A stretch of 64,000 nt of DNA from NCBI GenBank assembly GCA_036172245.1, contig JAYWIR010000001.1:10230001-10294000 (forward strand), read 5' to 3'. The translations under genes and the position numbers were made by a program. The notes beneath the pieces are model-generated. The model did not search any database. It was not told the DNA's origin and worked only from the letters and a program-made list of their open reading frames with translations. Source of the DNA: Raillietiella orientalis (Eukaryota). Position 1 is the stretch's first letter; each line of letters starts with the position of its first letter. Of the stretch, positions 1-13,900 are shown piece after piece.

Positions 1-229
1 AAACATCCAGGAACGTTTTTCTAAAGTACCTAGCAGTACACCTGAGTGAGCACCATTTCCATCGATATTTCAGAATTTTTTCTGTCAAGTGAAGATCCAC
101 TTAATCAGTTTCATGTCATTACTCAGAGTCTGTGAGGATTTGCGCACGTCATTATCATGAGTCGAAGGTCAGCAGACTTCGACTGATTCCATGAGAGGTT
201 GCTTTAGTTTTCAAGACCCCATGACTTCT

Positions 230-3200
230 CAGTGCAGATCTTTCGGCGATCAGTCTTCGATTTCAATGAGCTGCTGGGATGCGGAAGCTTCCGCATGGTG
301 ACTGCGCAGCGTCGGGATGAGCAACTGATGTACCGAAGAGAATGCATCTTGCTTCACCCTTTTCCCGAGAAAGCAAAAGAGCAGTTGCGTTCCATACCGC
401 ATGCTACTTCCCAAAGATTTGATTTCGTTCTGATCGCAACGAGAGCCTACACACGCGGGTCATCTCGAGCGAAAATACATCTCTTTCGATTCCTCCTACC
501 TTCTATAAGGAACTCGTAATGATTTCATTTTCGATATCCTCCACGTTTGCTGTTTCTCTCCTTTTCTGGATGTCTAATTTTTTTTTTTTTTTTAAAGAAA
601 GTCGGCCTGCATTGGCACGCACCTTTTCAGTACCGACTGATTTCCTTCGCAGCCTCCGGACCCACTGATAACGTGCATAGCATAAATCCTAAAAGTGATG
701 TCTCTATTTATTTGCATTCTTCATGGCATTTTGCCTTTTTCCTCTCCCTGAAATTCCCATTATGAGATTCTGTGCATCCATTGAAGCACAGGACGGCTCG
801 GCTTCAGTGCAGATCTGAAACCCAGAAAACTTTTACAGCGTCATTCCATCTCTGCTTGGCTGACAAAAAAAAAAACAACAAAAAAAAAAGCGTAAGTGGG
901 ATCACACGGATTTACATACAAAAAAGCATTCTCAAACACCCAACACGGTCAAAGTCTTCCTGCTCGGAGCTTGGAAGTGCATTCGATAGTCTGCATCACG
1001 AAAAAATGTGCTCCTAGAATCACGCGTGTCGATGGACTGGAAGTCACCCGAATGCATGGAGTCTTCAGCAGACTTTGTAGAAGACCCTCTTGGAGGTCTC
1101 GACAAAGGAACACGGATTCTGCACGGAATCTCGAATCTATTTTCAATCTTGGCCACTCATTGGAAAGCTATTTGCCCTGCTGAGCCTCACTGGGCTAGTG
1201 AAAGCAGACAGCCTGAGCTCGCAAAATAACAGATGACCCCTAAGAACAATCGACTCCTCAGCATTTCGTCTTCTGACTTTCAAAGAGCATTCCTTGGATA
1301 TGAAGAAACAAATACTTAAGGGTTTCTGGGAATACACTCGCATCATTTCTCTTTGATACCTCCGTGCTCGGCTACGCATCTCTCTTCACTCCCCGTCGCC
1401 ACGGCAACACACACGGGCACACAACCTCTTGCATGCAACCAAATGCTGATTTTTCGATCATCAGCTGATTGTACGCAAGAAGCCCCGGGAGTGCCTCCAG
1501 CAAAGCAAATGTGCGGAACCACTGGGAAGATGGAAATAACAAGTACGCTATTTGCAAAGAAATCATCCTTCTTTGCGAAAAGTCAGTGCTCTTCCTGATT
1601 GTGTGCTTTGACTCGGGTTCCTAGCGGAGATCTCGAGTGATCTTTATCGTGCTTTCGAATTAAGTACTTCTTTAGAAAAATTAGACCCATCGCCATAGAT
1701 GCGTGCTTTCAAGGCGGCAGATTGCTCATCTATTTCACTTTCTCTACTTTCCACGTTCTGTGATCCCCATCCAAGATTTTTCTAGAATAAGAAACAGTTG
1801 TCTTCTTTGTCTCTTTTTTCTTACCAGAAATCCTCCCACGTCTCTTGAGTACGCGATTTTTTTGCAGCCTTAGTTCAGTTTAGATTGCCATTAGATCGAC
1901 TGTTAGAGCTGATGCTGGGATGCAACATGAACGTCAGATATAAGAGCATGCATTAAATGCTCGTAGACTGATTACTGGCGAAACAGTGAAACAGTTAGCG
2001 GAAAAAGTCCAAGCAGTCAGAGCAGTTGACAGCCGGATCTAATTGGAGCTCAAGAGGCTGGAAGCTCAGCGCTTATCATTGGAACCCAACCGCTTCGTAA
2101 TGCATTTTTCCTTGGTCTTTGCACCCAACACCAGCTGTGACGGTGAATTTCCCTTTTGGTGGGGGGGCCAAGTGCTCCCCCTCTTTCTGAGGAGAGCTCG
2201 GGCGCCATGCTTGAGATCTGAGGGTTATTGGTTGATCCCGTGACCCGGGATGATCCAGAAGACAACTTTAACGTCTCAGCGTTCCAAGAATTGTCCACAG
2301 AATCGTCCACCTTCCTTATAATTAGGGAAGGTGCATGGGAAGTTCTCTTAGTCGGATTGCCAGCACGGAAAATCAGTTCACAAGTAATGTTGAGGAAAGA
2401 TCCATGTTACCTTGGAGTCACTCAAAAATGTCAGGTAGATACACTCGATGACTGTGACTCGAGCTGCTTAGCATTTATTAGATGCGAATGGGAAGAACGC
2501 AGTGGGCAATCGTTCGAACGTTGCAGATTGCCTCATCTCTTAAAGACACGCGGACCGCTGCTTGAAGAATCAGCTTCTTATGAAACCTCCACCGCCATCT
2601 ATCAAGCTTCCTGCATGCGATGCTGTCTTGAAACCACTCACCTATAATCACATTGGATTTTCCGGGATCAAGTTAACGTTGTCTAGGCATCGCTCATCCT
2701 TGTGGCTTCCAGAAATTTGATCCATTACATTGCTCCTTTGGTGATGTATTCTCTGAAGAATAGAGTGGTGGCTCACATTATTAAACGAACGGAAGTTGCC
2801 TAACGCAACCATGACGTCACTGCCTGCTAAGCAGGGAAGCAAGGGAGCTGATGTCATTTGGCATCCAGACAGCAAACGCTTTCGTGCAGTTTCCTCAGAG
2901 GAGACAGGAATAGTAAACAACCATCGTTCACGTGATGACCAGGTTTACAAAGCCACAAGAAAATCTATAACGGGATTTTTAGATTATTTGCGAATTAATA
3001 ACTTCGATGACGTTGTCTTAACCTGATTTTCCGAGAGTGCTCCTGGATGGAAAAAACGAAAATCGAGTCATCTTCAAGCCAAGACTTAAGCTGTTCCCAA
3101 ATCATGTTCCTACTCGCATTTTCCAGTGGGTTCAAAAAGGGATAGCCGCGGGGAGAGGACCTCAAGAAAATGGGGCTATTCGTTTCGTTCGGCACAGGAT

Positions 3201-5040
3201 CAGACAAAAGTAAACATGTCGAAATACTTGAGTTTCAAAGCAAAATGAAGACTGAAGACTGCATCGCTCAAGATTCCTGCCCCCTTCTAAACTGCTCTTT
3301 CAACTATCAGCAAGCAGCCCATGTGAATGCTTACAATTAGTGTAGGTACTTCCATCATGAAGCATTTGGTACGCTATGCAAAATACGAATTGATACACAA
3401 ATCCGGCAGTCATCAACACAGGAAAAATCTGAAGGTGGAGAATATTTTGCAAGCAAAATTGTCTGCTTAGTCGAGATGACTATCCGTGAAAGACACGCCA
3501 GTAGAACTTGATTTTGTCTGAAGCTCAATAGGAGGTAAACGACTGCTGCGAAGATTAACCATTCTCTCGAGTGCAAGCACTGAAGTGACCTCTCCTCTCC
3601 TCTCCGATGTCCGTAGTGCTGCAACCACCCAAATGGTGCTTAAAAGGGCTGTTCATTGTCAACTCCTGTGGATATCACAAGCTGACAAATCATACAACTT
3701 TTGCACTGACAAAAAGAGAGAGCTTTCAATGCTTAGGCAACAAACCTCTGAAATACAATCTCATGCATCTCTAGAAATAAAAACATGGAAGTCACCTTTT
3801 TCCTTTTCACACCGGCACAACGGAAAACCAACTGACAAACTTCCATCCATCCGAAAATGGTGACCTTCCTCGCGACTGGATCAAAACGATTGCTGCAGGT
3901 GGTGAACAGAGTACGAGAAACTCGTTTGGTTAGTTCCTGCAAGCTCAGTGGTTCTTCCCGTTTCAGGCCGAGTCACTAGCAGTCTCCGCCCTTGATGCTT
4001 TTCAAAAGAAGCTTGAGCCAGCCATCTTCTTATGCGGCTCAAGACGGAATCGACAGAATTCACCCGAAATGCCTTCGCATTGTGTCCGTTGCAGATGCGA
4101 GTGTTCTCAGTGGACCCTTCTATCAAATGGAAGTGCGCAAATTTCCTGCTGCATCGTGAAACATCTTGAAACCATGAGAGAACGCATCCGAAACGAAAAT
4201 CCAACGTGGTACATCCGAAGACGGTGCAGACTTTTGCGCAGCGGCTTTCCAGTCACTGACCTCTGGCCGAGAGCTGATAGCTCCCCCAGAGGATCTCCGA
4301 CAGGAATCCTTTGTCGGACGTTGATTCGCGCTGCAAGAGTACTTTTGGTGGCCATCCGTCGCTGGCTCCCTTCTCTTGGCTCTTGTGTCCGTCGGCCGAA
4401 GGCTGTGGGGTGGCGAGTCGAGTCGAAACTTTCCGGACGGGTCTGGCTTGGCTTGGCTTCTCCTCGACTGATGACGTCAGAGGAGGGAGAAGAGCGGTTG
4501 ACGAGGCACTCGCAGGAGTCTCCGCAAAACGGGCAGCAGCAGCGGACTGTTGGGCAGGAAAGACTTCTTTCTCAGACGCCTTCCAATGAATGGGATGGCT
4601 AGACATGCGACCCGGCAGGACTCCCCTCCGTCAGGATTCTTAACGAACGTGCTGCCTCGACCGGAAGTGAGCCCAGCCCTCCAGGTCGAGAGTCAGTCTG
4701 GTGGCTCTGCCCGGCACGAAAACTGGGGCTCTGGACCACCAAAATTTCTGAGCGCTCCGCAGTAGTTCTGGATGCTCCTACCTACCAAAGCTTTTCCGTC
4801 ACCCAATAGATTCTTGTCCCCCTCTAAAATTAGCGAGGGACCTTCCTCGGAGGAATGAAGCAGGTCTTTGTACCAGAAGGAATGCGGCCGTGCGTCCGGC
4901 TTCCGAGACGAGCCGCTGCTGAGCACACGGACACTTGCGCGATAAGCAGGTCAAACTGCTGGTGCGTCTCATAGGAATACTGATGCTGTTACGGGGACTC
5001 TCAGCAAGCATCACTCGCTGAGCTGGTTCAGTGGCTTCCT
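230..5040 (-). pseudogene. Decayed PLS-class PPR gene relic with GC-rich N-terminal extension (~4250-5040)
   Basis: PVPNETNSPIFLRSS...MIWEQLKSWLEDDSIFVFSIQEHSRKIRL (2995-3207), GSDVMVALGN and HSHLINAKQLESQSSSVST...HGSFL resemble PLS motifs (G..PN..TF..L.AC; IH....GLE.D..V..SL..MY.KCG.L). Many stops and frameshifts. Confidence 0.55.
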
Positions 5041-5676
5041 TCATCGCACATCAGCTTGATTCCAACTTCAAAATGCATTCAGAGAATCGGTTGGAGTTGT
5101 GAGAAAGAGAAATGCTGCAACATTTAGGGGGAAGCACGAAGCACCCTTCTGTCTAAACTGCGTTTAGCTCCTGATTTATTTTGATTCCCTATCCATCGAA
5201 ATCAATAAAATTAAAAAAAAAAACTCCGAAAAATAACCTGCCCGGAAGGTTCTAATATAGTGATCGCACCACTTTCGTTTCAGCACCTCGCATGTTTATT
5301 GAACACTCTCAGTGTTTGTTAATTGAGGAACACTGAAAGCGTTCTTCCGAAGCGCAGATATTACATACATTAAATGCCAGCCATAGCACATTTGGTCGAA
5401 GCATCATCAGTTGATTAAATGTAACACATACATTCGAATAGTCATCAGTATGTATAAATGCATGTATTGATTAAATCAAACACTGGTGTTACTTCATATG
5501 GAGTGCTTCAATTTCTATGAGTACCGCTAGTTCATCTGAGGTTAATTTCCATCTTTTCTTCCATGACCAAATGTCCACGTGATTTCTTCCATAGAAGATT
5601 TTCTTACTACAGATTGCAACGTCCACAGTGTTGTAACCTTGGAAGCGAGACGATGAGGTTGGAGCATGTGGTTGCC

Positions 5677-6780
5677 CATCCAGCAGCGCCGGGGACGTTT
5701 CTTCATCAAAAGAAGAAACACGCAGGAGGCGCATCCCTTTGACTCACTCAATTCCTAAGGGGCACGGACGACGCCCACAAAGAGCAACGAGGTGGACAAA
5801 CGCGAAGAGAGAAATAAAACAAAACGGACCGCTCCCAGACCCAAAAAAGAGAGCGAGGAAAACAAAGCGATCACCACCCGTGAGGCTGGCTCGTCCGCAT
5901 CTTTTGCAGGAAGCCGGGAAGCTGCTCATGGTGGCCTCCCAGGTGGGAGCACTTCGAGGCCATCCTCAGGAACCGGACGGCGAAGAGGGAGGTTCGCGCC
6001 GCTCACACGGAACAGCGCTGCGATTGCACCTGCGGGTGTTACGGCAGCCCTGCACACGGAGAGGCTTCGAAGAGCTCCTTCAGTCGTCCAACGGGACGGT
6101 TAGGGACGCGGGAAAACGCTTCCGCAATGCCGGAAGGGCAACACAGGCACAGGGAGGTATCTTTCTACTCACACCTGGAGTCGCTTGGGGCGCTGTGCAC
6201 GGGAGTTCCTGATGCAGCAGCAGCAGCGCCGACTGCTACCAATTCAGGGGAAGAAAGGAGCTGTTCGCTATTCGAGAAGGCATTCCCAGGGTGTCCCAGG
6301 GTGCTCGAAGAGCTCCCAAGAGACGAGCTCTCCTTGAGAAGCAGTCCACTGGAAGGCGTCGTTTGGGTTGCTGCAGCAGCGAGTTCACGTGCCCTTCAGC
6401 CACCGCAGGGCTTCTTGCGACCCGGGACCCCACCCTGCCGATAGGCTGGTGTCATCTATCACCCCTGCGGCGAAGGGAGTGAGGCCAACACTATCAGCTC
6501 GCCGCCCGCCATCCCCAATGTTCAACCGGACATCCGTCGGAATCCACTGCGCCGGGAGAATTACGTCCTCAAGTCCTCGAGCCACCAGGTCGGATCGCTG
6601 CTCGTAGGGCAGCAGGAGATACACAGGTGTTCTCTCTGCAGGGCAGCCATATGCCTCAGCGGGAAGCTGCCGGCGATCGGCCTCCGGAGCGCGAAAGAAA
6701 CGTCGCCTGTCCGTCTTAGCGGATCGGTCGCTCATCTGAGGAGCAGGCGGGCCGGGATGCACCTGAGAGTGCTCCAGCAC
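5677..6780 (-). mobile_element. Old L1-like LINE 3' fragment
   Basis: Minus-strand FLPLNW*QSALLLHQELPC matches IPLKWQESSLLLLHWGLLCN at 28.7k. The 3' end AAGAAAC-GTCCCC-GGCGCTGCTGGATG matches the family terminus. Confidence 0.75.
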
Positions 6781-7730
6781 TTAGCCACCGAAACTGGCCC
6801 CTCGACCAATGGATCTGCCTCTCGAGTCGCTCCTGAGTCCGAAGGTGTCTCGACACGGGTACGGTGGGCACCTGTAGTGGAGTCCCTCTCCGTGCGCAAC
6901 GCGAAATCGAGCGAGGCAAACGGACAGCACTGGCTGTCGGCGAGACATGCCTCCCCTGCTGTCCAGGGGCTTCAATGCCATCATTGTCGATGATTGGTTC
7001 ACGGAACGCCTTTTCGATGATGGCGGCTGGAGACATAGGCACCACTGCGCCTCCTTCGGCAAGGCGCGCATCTCTGCGAAGGATGAGTTCGAGACGTGCA
7101 TGCCGGTGGCTCGGGGGATTGGACAGTGGCGCCACCTGAGACCTCCCGAGAAGGAACATGATGGGGAACATGGTGTGCACCATCATCCAGCACATCTGCG
7201 ACGGAGCTAGGAGGAGGGGACCCTGGGCGGTGGAGGACTACAACGGAAAGACCGTGAGACCCCTGTGTCCCTCTTTGAGGACCGGTGAGACCGAGACGGC
7301 AAGGGATGGCTATGACCCCTCGAGCGAGAGGGCAGCGATCCTGAAGAACGACCACAATATAGAGAGCTTGACGGGGTTACAACGAGAGCAGTTGGCCTTC
7401 TTGCCCCTGGAGGACAGACACCAAATGCCCTTAAGCGAAGGTACTCCAAGCTGCCATCTCTGAAAGGAGCCTCTGCTGCGAGGACCAGGGCTTTCGAGCA
7501 CCGCTAGTATCCTGCGCAGAAAGTGCTGGAAGGGCTTCGGCTACTTCGTGGTCAACTCCGCCGCGATCAAGCACGCCCTCGGATCGGTGTGCCTCGGAAG
7601 AAGAACGGAGCTCGCCCCTACCCTACCGCCCTTTTCCTTCCACGTATCCTTCGGAGAGCTGCCGCGGAGAGCTGCGGTGGACTTTTCGAAAACCAAGAAA
7701 GGAGGATGGCAACCGTTTTCTTTTGAGAAG
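6780..7730 (+). mobile_element. Possible decayed LINE endonuclease/linker fragment in opposite orientation
   Basis: GC-rich block with weak APE-like strings (LP..G[D]FNAII at ~6950-6990, GLDSG, GPW). Frameshifted; tentative. Confidence 0.3.
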
Positions 7731-9949
7731 GGCTCAAACGACGTCCATTGGGCGCAGCGTCCCTTCGTGTCCGCATGCTTGGAATGGCTGTTTCAGCTGC
7801 CCGTGACTGACGCTCATTCTCGAACGAGTTCCGCCTTCTCTACGATGGCACCTAGCAGTGCTAAAAATGCTTCATTTTCCACACGAGAACGAGTCATTTA
7901 TTCTCTTCAGGTTCGCCAATAGGTTCTGATAAGTGCTGAGAACACTTCAGTAGAATCATTTATACGAGTGCCACTTATCAACTGCCACTTTAGACTTTGT
8001 ATCATTCTTGGCTGAAAACGAACTCCTCGAGAATATCCTAGTTTCCTAGTCGAGTGCATTGATAGAGGCTAAAGGTGTTGAAGGAGGAGGATTGGACTTT
8101 TAGGAAGCACATCAAGAGACGTATCTAAGCTCGCCTGGCGAGACAGTTACCAAGTATCTATACTCTGGGCTTACGAGGTGATGCCTTGGCCTCTTTGAGC
8201 TACTGGATTAGGCTGACAACATAGCGGTCGACAGTTGTGCTAAGTCTTTGAATTGGCTGGATCATGCGGTACTCTGCACGCAGTAGTGAAGGAAAAATAT
8301 GGACAGTGATTTGGCGCGATTCATGTCCGCAGCGACCACCAGCAGGGATATTAGCAGTCTGTGAATGGGAGAGAGGAAAGATTCCATTAGACTAAGTTCA
8401 AGTTAGATCTCTGACCAAGGAGAAACTGTAATTTCATGGGAAACCAACTTTTGATCGCCACACGAGTAGGACGCTCTCAGCTCGCACGTACACTCTCCAG
8501 CCGAAGAGGAACAAGGTATTCTGTGATATAAAATCTTCCTGAATAGGGACAGGCCACAAGCTTCCTGAATAGGGCCTCCATTTCTTCTTGGATGGAAGCT
8601 GCCATCGGTTTGCAAACCACCGCTTTGTACACATGCTGGCAAGTGAAGCGGATGCCGGAGACATAACTCTTGCACTGCATGTTTCAGTGTGTCCCTAAGA
8701 AAGCCACCATGTAGCTGAGTCGCCCCCAGATGGCTCATCTTGCTACCTGCCAGCGCCACACATTTCCAGGTGCAAAACCCTGTTCTTTCCCATGTGGGAA
8801 CAGCTGCAGCCTAACTCTGGAATGGCAGAAAGCAGTGGAACTCACTCCATCCCTTCTTCCCGACCGTGAATTCAGGTGGTCACCCCAACTGACGTTGTCG
8901 ACCGATACTTGCATCCCGGAACCCTGGCTGGCTGTTAAACCGAGATCATCAGCTGCTGCGCCGGTCTGTCGGTTCGCAGCACGAGACTGTACGTATAAGT
9001 GCCCTGCTATTAGGCGTGCCGCGTTCGGGGTCTCCCGGCAGTGCCGGTTGGGTCCCAAGCGCAAATAATCGCGAGTCATCTGCATCACTGGTTTTCTTGT
9101 CTGGTCTCCGTCTGTGGACTCGGATCGCTTCATGGAAATTTGGTCGACTCCTGCCTCCTCCTTCGATTGAACGCTTCGCACCCGAGCAACCAGCGAGCAG
9201 TCCGCTGCTACTAGGAAGAGCTTTCTGTTCCCGACTTTGATGAGATTTTCAGCAGTCGTGGGGCGCGTTCTGCATCTTTGCAGATCAGCTCGAGGAATTG
9301 CACCTACTTTCCACGGGAATCCTTCCAACTTTACGAACCCAATGTTTAGTTTGAACAGCTCTTCCGCAAAAAAGCGCGCAACCGACAAAAGTCCAAGACG
9401 ACCTGCCTTATAACGCAGCGTCGACTTGTAACCGTGGGGCATCGCTTCTGTCCAAGCTGCATGCTTCCATCTGGTTCCACCTCTTCTCTTGTCCCGGTGG
9501 TCATCCTTTGTAGGCTGAAACCACCGTTCCAAGGATAAGGGAGAAGAACTTCTCTCTGCTCCTCTTCCTTCGGTAGGGGTGTTTCCTGACTTTTCTTCAC
9601 CGCAAACCAGATCTTGGCTTTCCCTAAAACCTACGGTTCCATGCAAAAATGAAATGGTACAAAAATGCAAAATAAAACTTATTTTTAATGCCACGACCCA
9701 ACAATTCTTGCTTATTACTTCTGCTGAAGGTTTTCCGAAATTTTCGGCAACCCTCACCACCCGCACTTATTGGATCACATTTAACTCAAAGCAATTATCT
9801 TGAAGTAAGGAGGCATTCCCAATTTTCTCAGGAATGCCAATCCGTACAATAAATAATGCGACCACAGGATTAGAGCTTTTTCGATAAAGATGCTTTTGGT
9901 ACCGCTTCCGGATCAGTGGGCAGTGATTTGAACTCCGAACTAATGGGGA

Positions 9950-10900
9950 CTTGTACGTGATTTTTCACGTCTGAATTCCATCAAGTTTAAGCCTTTGAAG
10001 GACGTTTTTTGGTGGAGCATTGAAAAGCAGTTGCTTCTTTCGAGCTACTTGGAGGAAGTCCATGAGTAGATCGAATGCTCATGAGATGCTCGATATGGAA
10101 AGAGTTCACATCCTCAGCCGTTGCCTGTGCAAGTTCACACACGGATAGCATTCCTTCCGAGTGGTTGAAGCTCTCCGTCACCAACTGACGCTTTCTGAGT
10201 ACTAACTTCGATTGCTGGTAATCGTAGATTCCAACTTTCCTTCTCGAGGCAGTGGGAATCGACACGAAATCAGCAGACATGAAACCGTCTCTGGGATGAA
10301 CGGCACGCAGCACGCGCAGAAGCGAAAGTCGTCAATACGAAACGATTTTCAAGAACTTTTGATGGACTTCTTTTTCATTGGTCCCTCATATCTCGTGGGA
10401 CGAAACAGTTTTCTTGCTGCCCACAATGCTTACCAGTCTACCGTCACTGATACTTAAGAAGACTTCGGAGCAGTTTGATCCTCTAGCAAAGTCTGGTTGC
10501 TTGCCATTGTGAGAACCATGTCAAAGAAACCTTTGAATGCTGGATTCCGCAGTTCCATTGACGTAACGAATATCTGAATTTCGAATACCGTGAAAGCAAA
10601 CCAATCTTAACATCCTTCTACAAGTTGCACATTAACATCGGCAAGCTATTTGGATTGTCCCATTGATCCATCCACCAAACACCAGCATTCATCAGACTTC
10701 TTCCAAGCAGAATGTTGTCTTCCTAGTGCTCTTCTCACAGAAAGTGAATCCTCGACACTTTCCTGTTCGGGTCTGCTCCTGTATCTGAGATACTCTCAAG
10801 AAGCCGGAAACCGCAAGCACACGCGTGTTCCCTCCGACGGCGTCCACCTTGTTCGGTGGAGATTCGATTGCACCCCTGAATCTCTGCAGCCATGAGGAGG
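9950..10900 (-). pseudogene. Short decayed PPR relic
   Basis: GIRNSDIRYVNGTAESSIQRFL*HGS and RDGFMSADFVSIPTAS resemble G.ESD..VGTAL..MY.K.GS and G..PD..TFVSIL.AC. Confidence 0.4.
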
Positions 10901-13900
10901 TCCGGAATGCAAAGAATCATTGCAGATCCGATGGATGTCCAATTTCGTGTGCGCACACGCGTGCGTGCGTGCGCGTTCATCTGTCGAGAAGAGACAATCT
11001 GAGCGATCGAACCTGCGGTCCTGGGACGCGAAGCTCTGTTCTGAACTTGCAACTGTTACACGTGTGCGCTTGCTCTTCGCCGTCGCGTGGAACGCTGGTA
11101 AATGAGTTTTCCCAGGTGGTGGTGGTCTGGTCGGATTATGGGGATCGTTGGAGTTCCCGCAAATTGAGGGGGGGGGGGAGACTTTACAATTTGCTGGAAA
11201 TCCGGATGAGCTTCTCGGATGAGACTCTAAGGCGGCGTCCGCACGCACTTGAGCCGAGGACGAGGCGGCTAGTTGAGCTCGGGGAATGCGGCCTGGAAGA
11301 ACGCGCGACCGTTCTTCCAGGAGAACTCTAGTATACACGGAAAACGCCCGTCTTGTTGCTCCCTCGAGGAAGAGGAAACGATCCTCACTCCTGGAGGACA
11401 GAGGAAAGGGAAACCTGCACGATCCCACGGACTTCTGCAAGATTGGCCTTCAAATCGGGCATTCCTGGCACTCCTTAGAGGCCCCCTCTTTGCAGTTGCT
11501 TATTCGATGTATCCAGGGAATCACGGGCTTCAAAAACGGACGCGGAGAGCCTCTGCAAATTTGTAGCTGTGCACTCTGCAGCGCCCAGCTGAATGCAGAT
11601 GGATCATCTGAAACATTGGGAAGAGACCGTTCGTCGGTATGTAACCCGAGGATTGCTCTCTGACTGGCAAAGTTTAAAAAAATTCTTTTTGCTTGGCAGA
11701 GATCATTCACTGGCGCACTTGTGAGAAGGAAGGAAAGCTTCCAAACTCTTTTCACCCGTTTGCCACTGGACCCAAGCGTCCGAAAGCATCCGGAAGGATT
11801 TCGCATTCGGCGCTGCGGATGGGCTATGAATTTCCAGAGGCGAACTTCCGAAAGCCATGAAAACCAAGAAGAATCTCCAAGAGAAAAGGAAAGAAAACAC
11901 TTGGCGTTCCTCCTCCTTTTGCCTACTGGAGATCCTGAAACCAGTAAACTTTTCAGAATGAAAGTTACCGTGGAGTTTCTGGAAAAGCATGAGAATTCTA
12001 TTGGAGTTATCGGAGAAGCAAAACGCAGTTCGGAGTCAGCAGAAATCCTCTTCGCCTTCCTATTCCCCTTATGAAGCTAGAAACGAAGATGCGAATGCAC
12101 CCATTCTCTTTTGACCTTTCATAAAACAAAATGCGGATGTACTTTTACGTGATGGAGCACTTGGAACTTCGAAAGAGTCAACAACGAATACTCGCAACGA
12201 GGCTCATGGAGACAACTCCTTAGCACCAGACGGGAATGAGAGACCCACGCTTCTCTTCTGAATGCAGAATGCAACTGAGCTTTTTGCACTGGGGTCTCTC
12301 AAAAGAACAGGAGTTACGATGTTCTCCTGAAGACTGCGGGGTGTGAATCGAAAAAATTCATCCCTAATTGCCTACTGAAATTCAGCACCCTCCACTCCGA
12401 TCAAAAGAGTGTGGTAAGCGCCCTCACAACGGGAAGACGATTGTCCTGCGTGGACTTTCTGCGTGGGAAGCCTCTACTTTGTGCTCATTCCAAACGATGA
12501 ACACAACTCGTTTGGTGATGGACCGTGGATTGAAGATTAGACGTTAGAGATGGATGCCGGAAGCTCGACAGGCGGATTTTTATCATGTGAATGAGATCGT
12601 ATCATACTCATGGGAAGAGTCCTTTATTTTGTTCAGGATTCTTGCTATCCCTTCAGCCTCAAAGAGCGGGAGTCAGTAAGAGGGATATCGCTGGGAAAGA
12701 ATGAGTTCATTTGCACCGTGGTTGTAAACCCATTCATAAATTTCTGGGTCTTCGAAATCCAAATCGTCCCTCGTGGTTCTTTTGCAGTGGATCTGCTCTA
12801 ATCTTTCGGCTTCGGAGGCGTTCGTCATATCAGCCACTCTGTCAAGGGACATCTCGAGTTTGCTTCACACTGAAAATGAATCGTGTTTCTCCATCATTTG
12901 GGATAAACGTGTCTCATGAATGCTTTGCGTCACTTGGAAATGGGCCTTTTCTTTCAAGAGTTCAGAAGATACACCTTTTTCCTTTCCTTGATTACTGAGA
13001 CTGACTTCTCTTCTTTGGGAAGCCTGGCTTGGCTATTGGCCTCTTCTTGGGATAAAAAATTCCCCAATTCCAAGGAGATCTTCCGATCTAAGTGCTGCCG
13101 ACCATGTCACATATCCCAGAGCTCTGCTAACTCCACTTAGCCCTCACTGGGAAGGGTCTTGAGGTCTGTTGCCAGCTGCTATTCTCTCAGTTTTCTTACT
13201 TTGCAGCTGCCAGTGGTGAAAGCAATCGAGCTCGGGGTTCCGCTGCGTCGTTCTTGCTGCACCTCATCCATGCTGGCCCACCAGCTCGTCAAGGGGATCA
13301 CCGAACGGCTCAGGGATCCATTGATACCTAAGTGAGGATTTCTGACCATCGGTTCGGAAGATGTCAATTTCATGAGTATCACGGGGGAAGTTATCCATGA
13401 AGATGAGTGCAATCCAAAGAAGTTAGTCTGCCACACTTTTGGCCGTAGGGATTTCTTCCCAAAGGGATAACATTGAAAGTTGTCAACAGTCGGGGAAAAA
13501 CCTTCCCATTGCAAGATCGACCAAGATGCTCAGCGGAAGGACGGCGGACCACACAGCAAGGAAGGCTACACGAAGTGTACGGATCCGCGGGTTGTGTCAG
13601 AGCTCCAACCATTGGGATCCTTGGAGAAGAACTTATGTCTCCGACTTCTTGGACGGCTCTGCGCAAATCCTACGAATCCAGCTAATGGAAGCACTCCTAC
13701 GGCAATCAGTTGGGACGTCGAGCAGCAATCTCCACTCAGCAGCAGCTGAGAGCATCGTTGTCATAGTGCAACGTGCCAATAAGTTGCCTCACCTGAGGAC
13801 ACTGACAGAGAAGCATCCGCCCACACGCTGGGAAAACTGTAAGTACTTCTCTATTCACCGTTTGGTTTCCCTTCTGCACATTCAGCCCACCACAAGCAGC

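Larger units (their letters stand above)
5480..9500 (-). pseudogene. Decayed PPR relic interrupted by LINE material at 5677-7730
   Basis: ASLASMCTKRW and AASIQEEMEALFRKL (8480-8660), plus TSSSRFQGYNTVDVAICSKKIF...VDIWSW (5560-5670), resemble PLS repeats. Confidence 0.45.
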
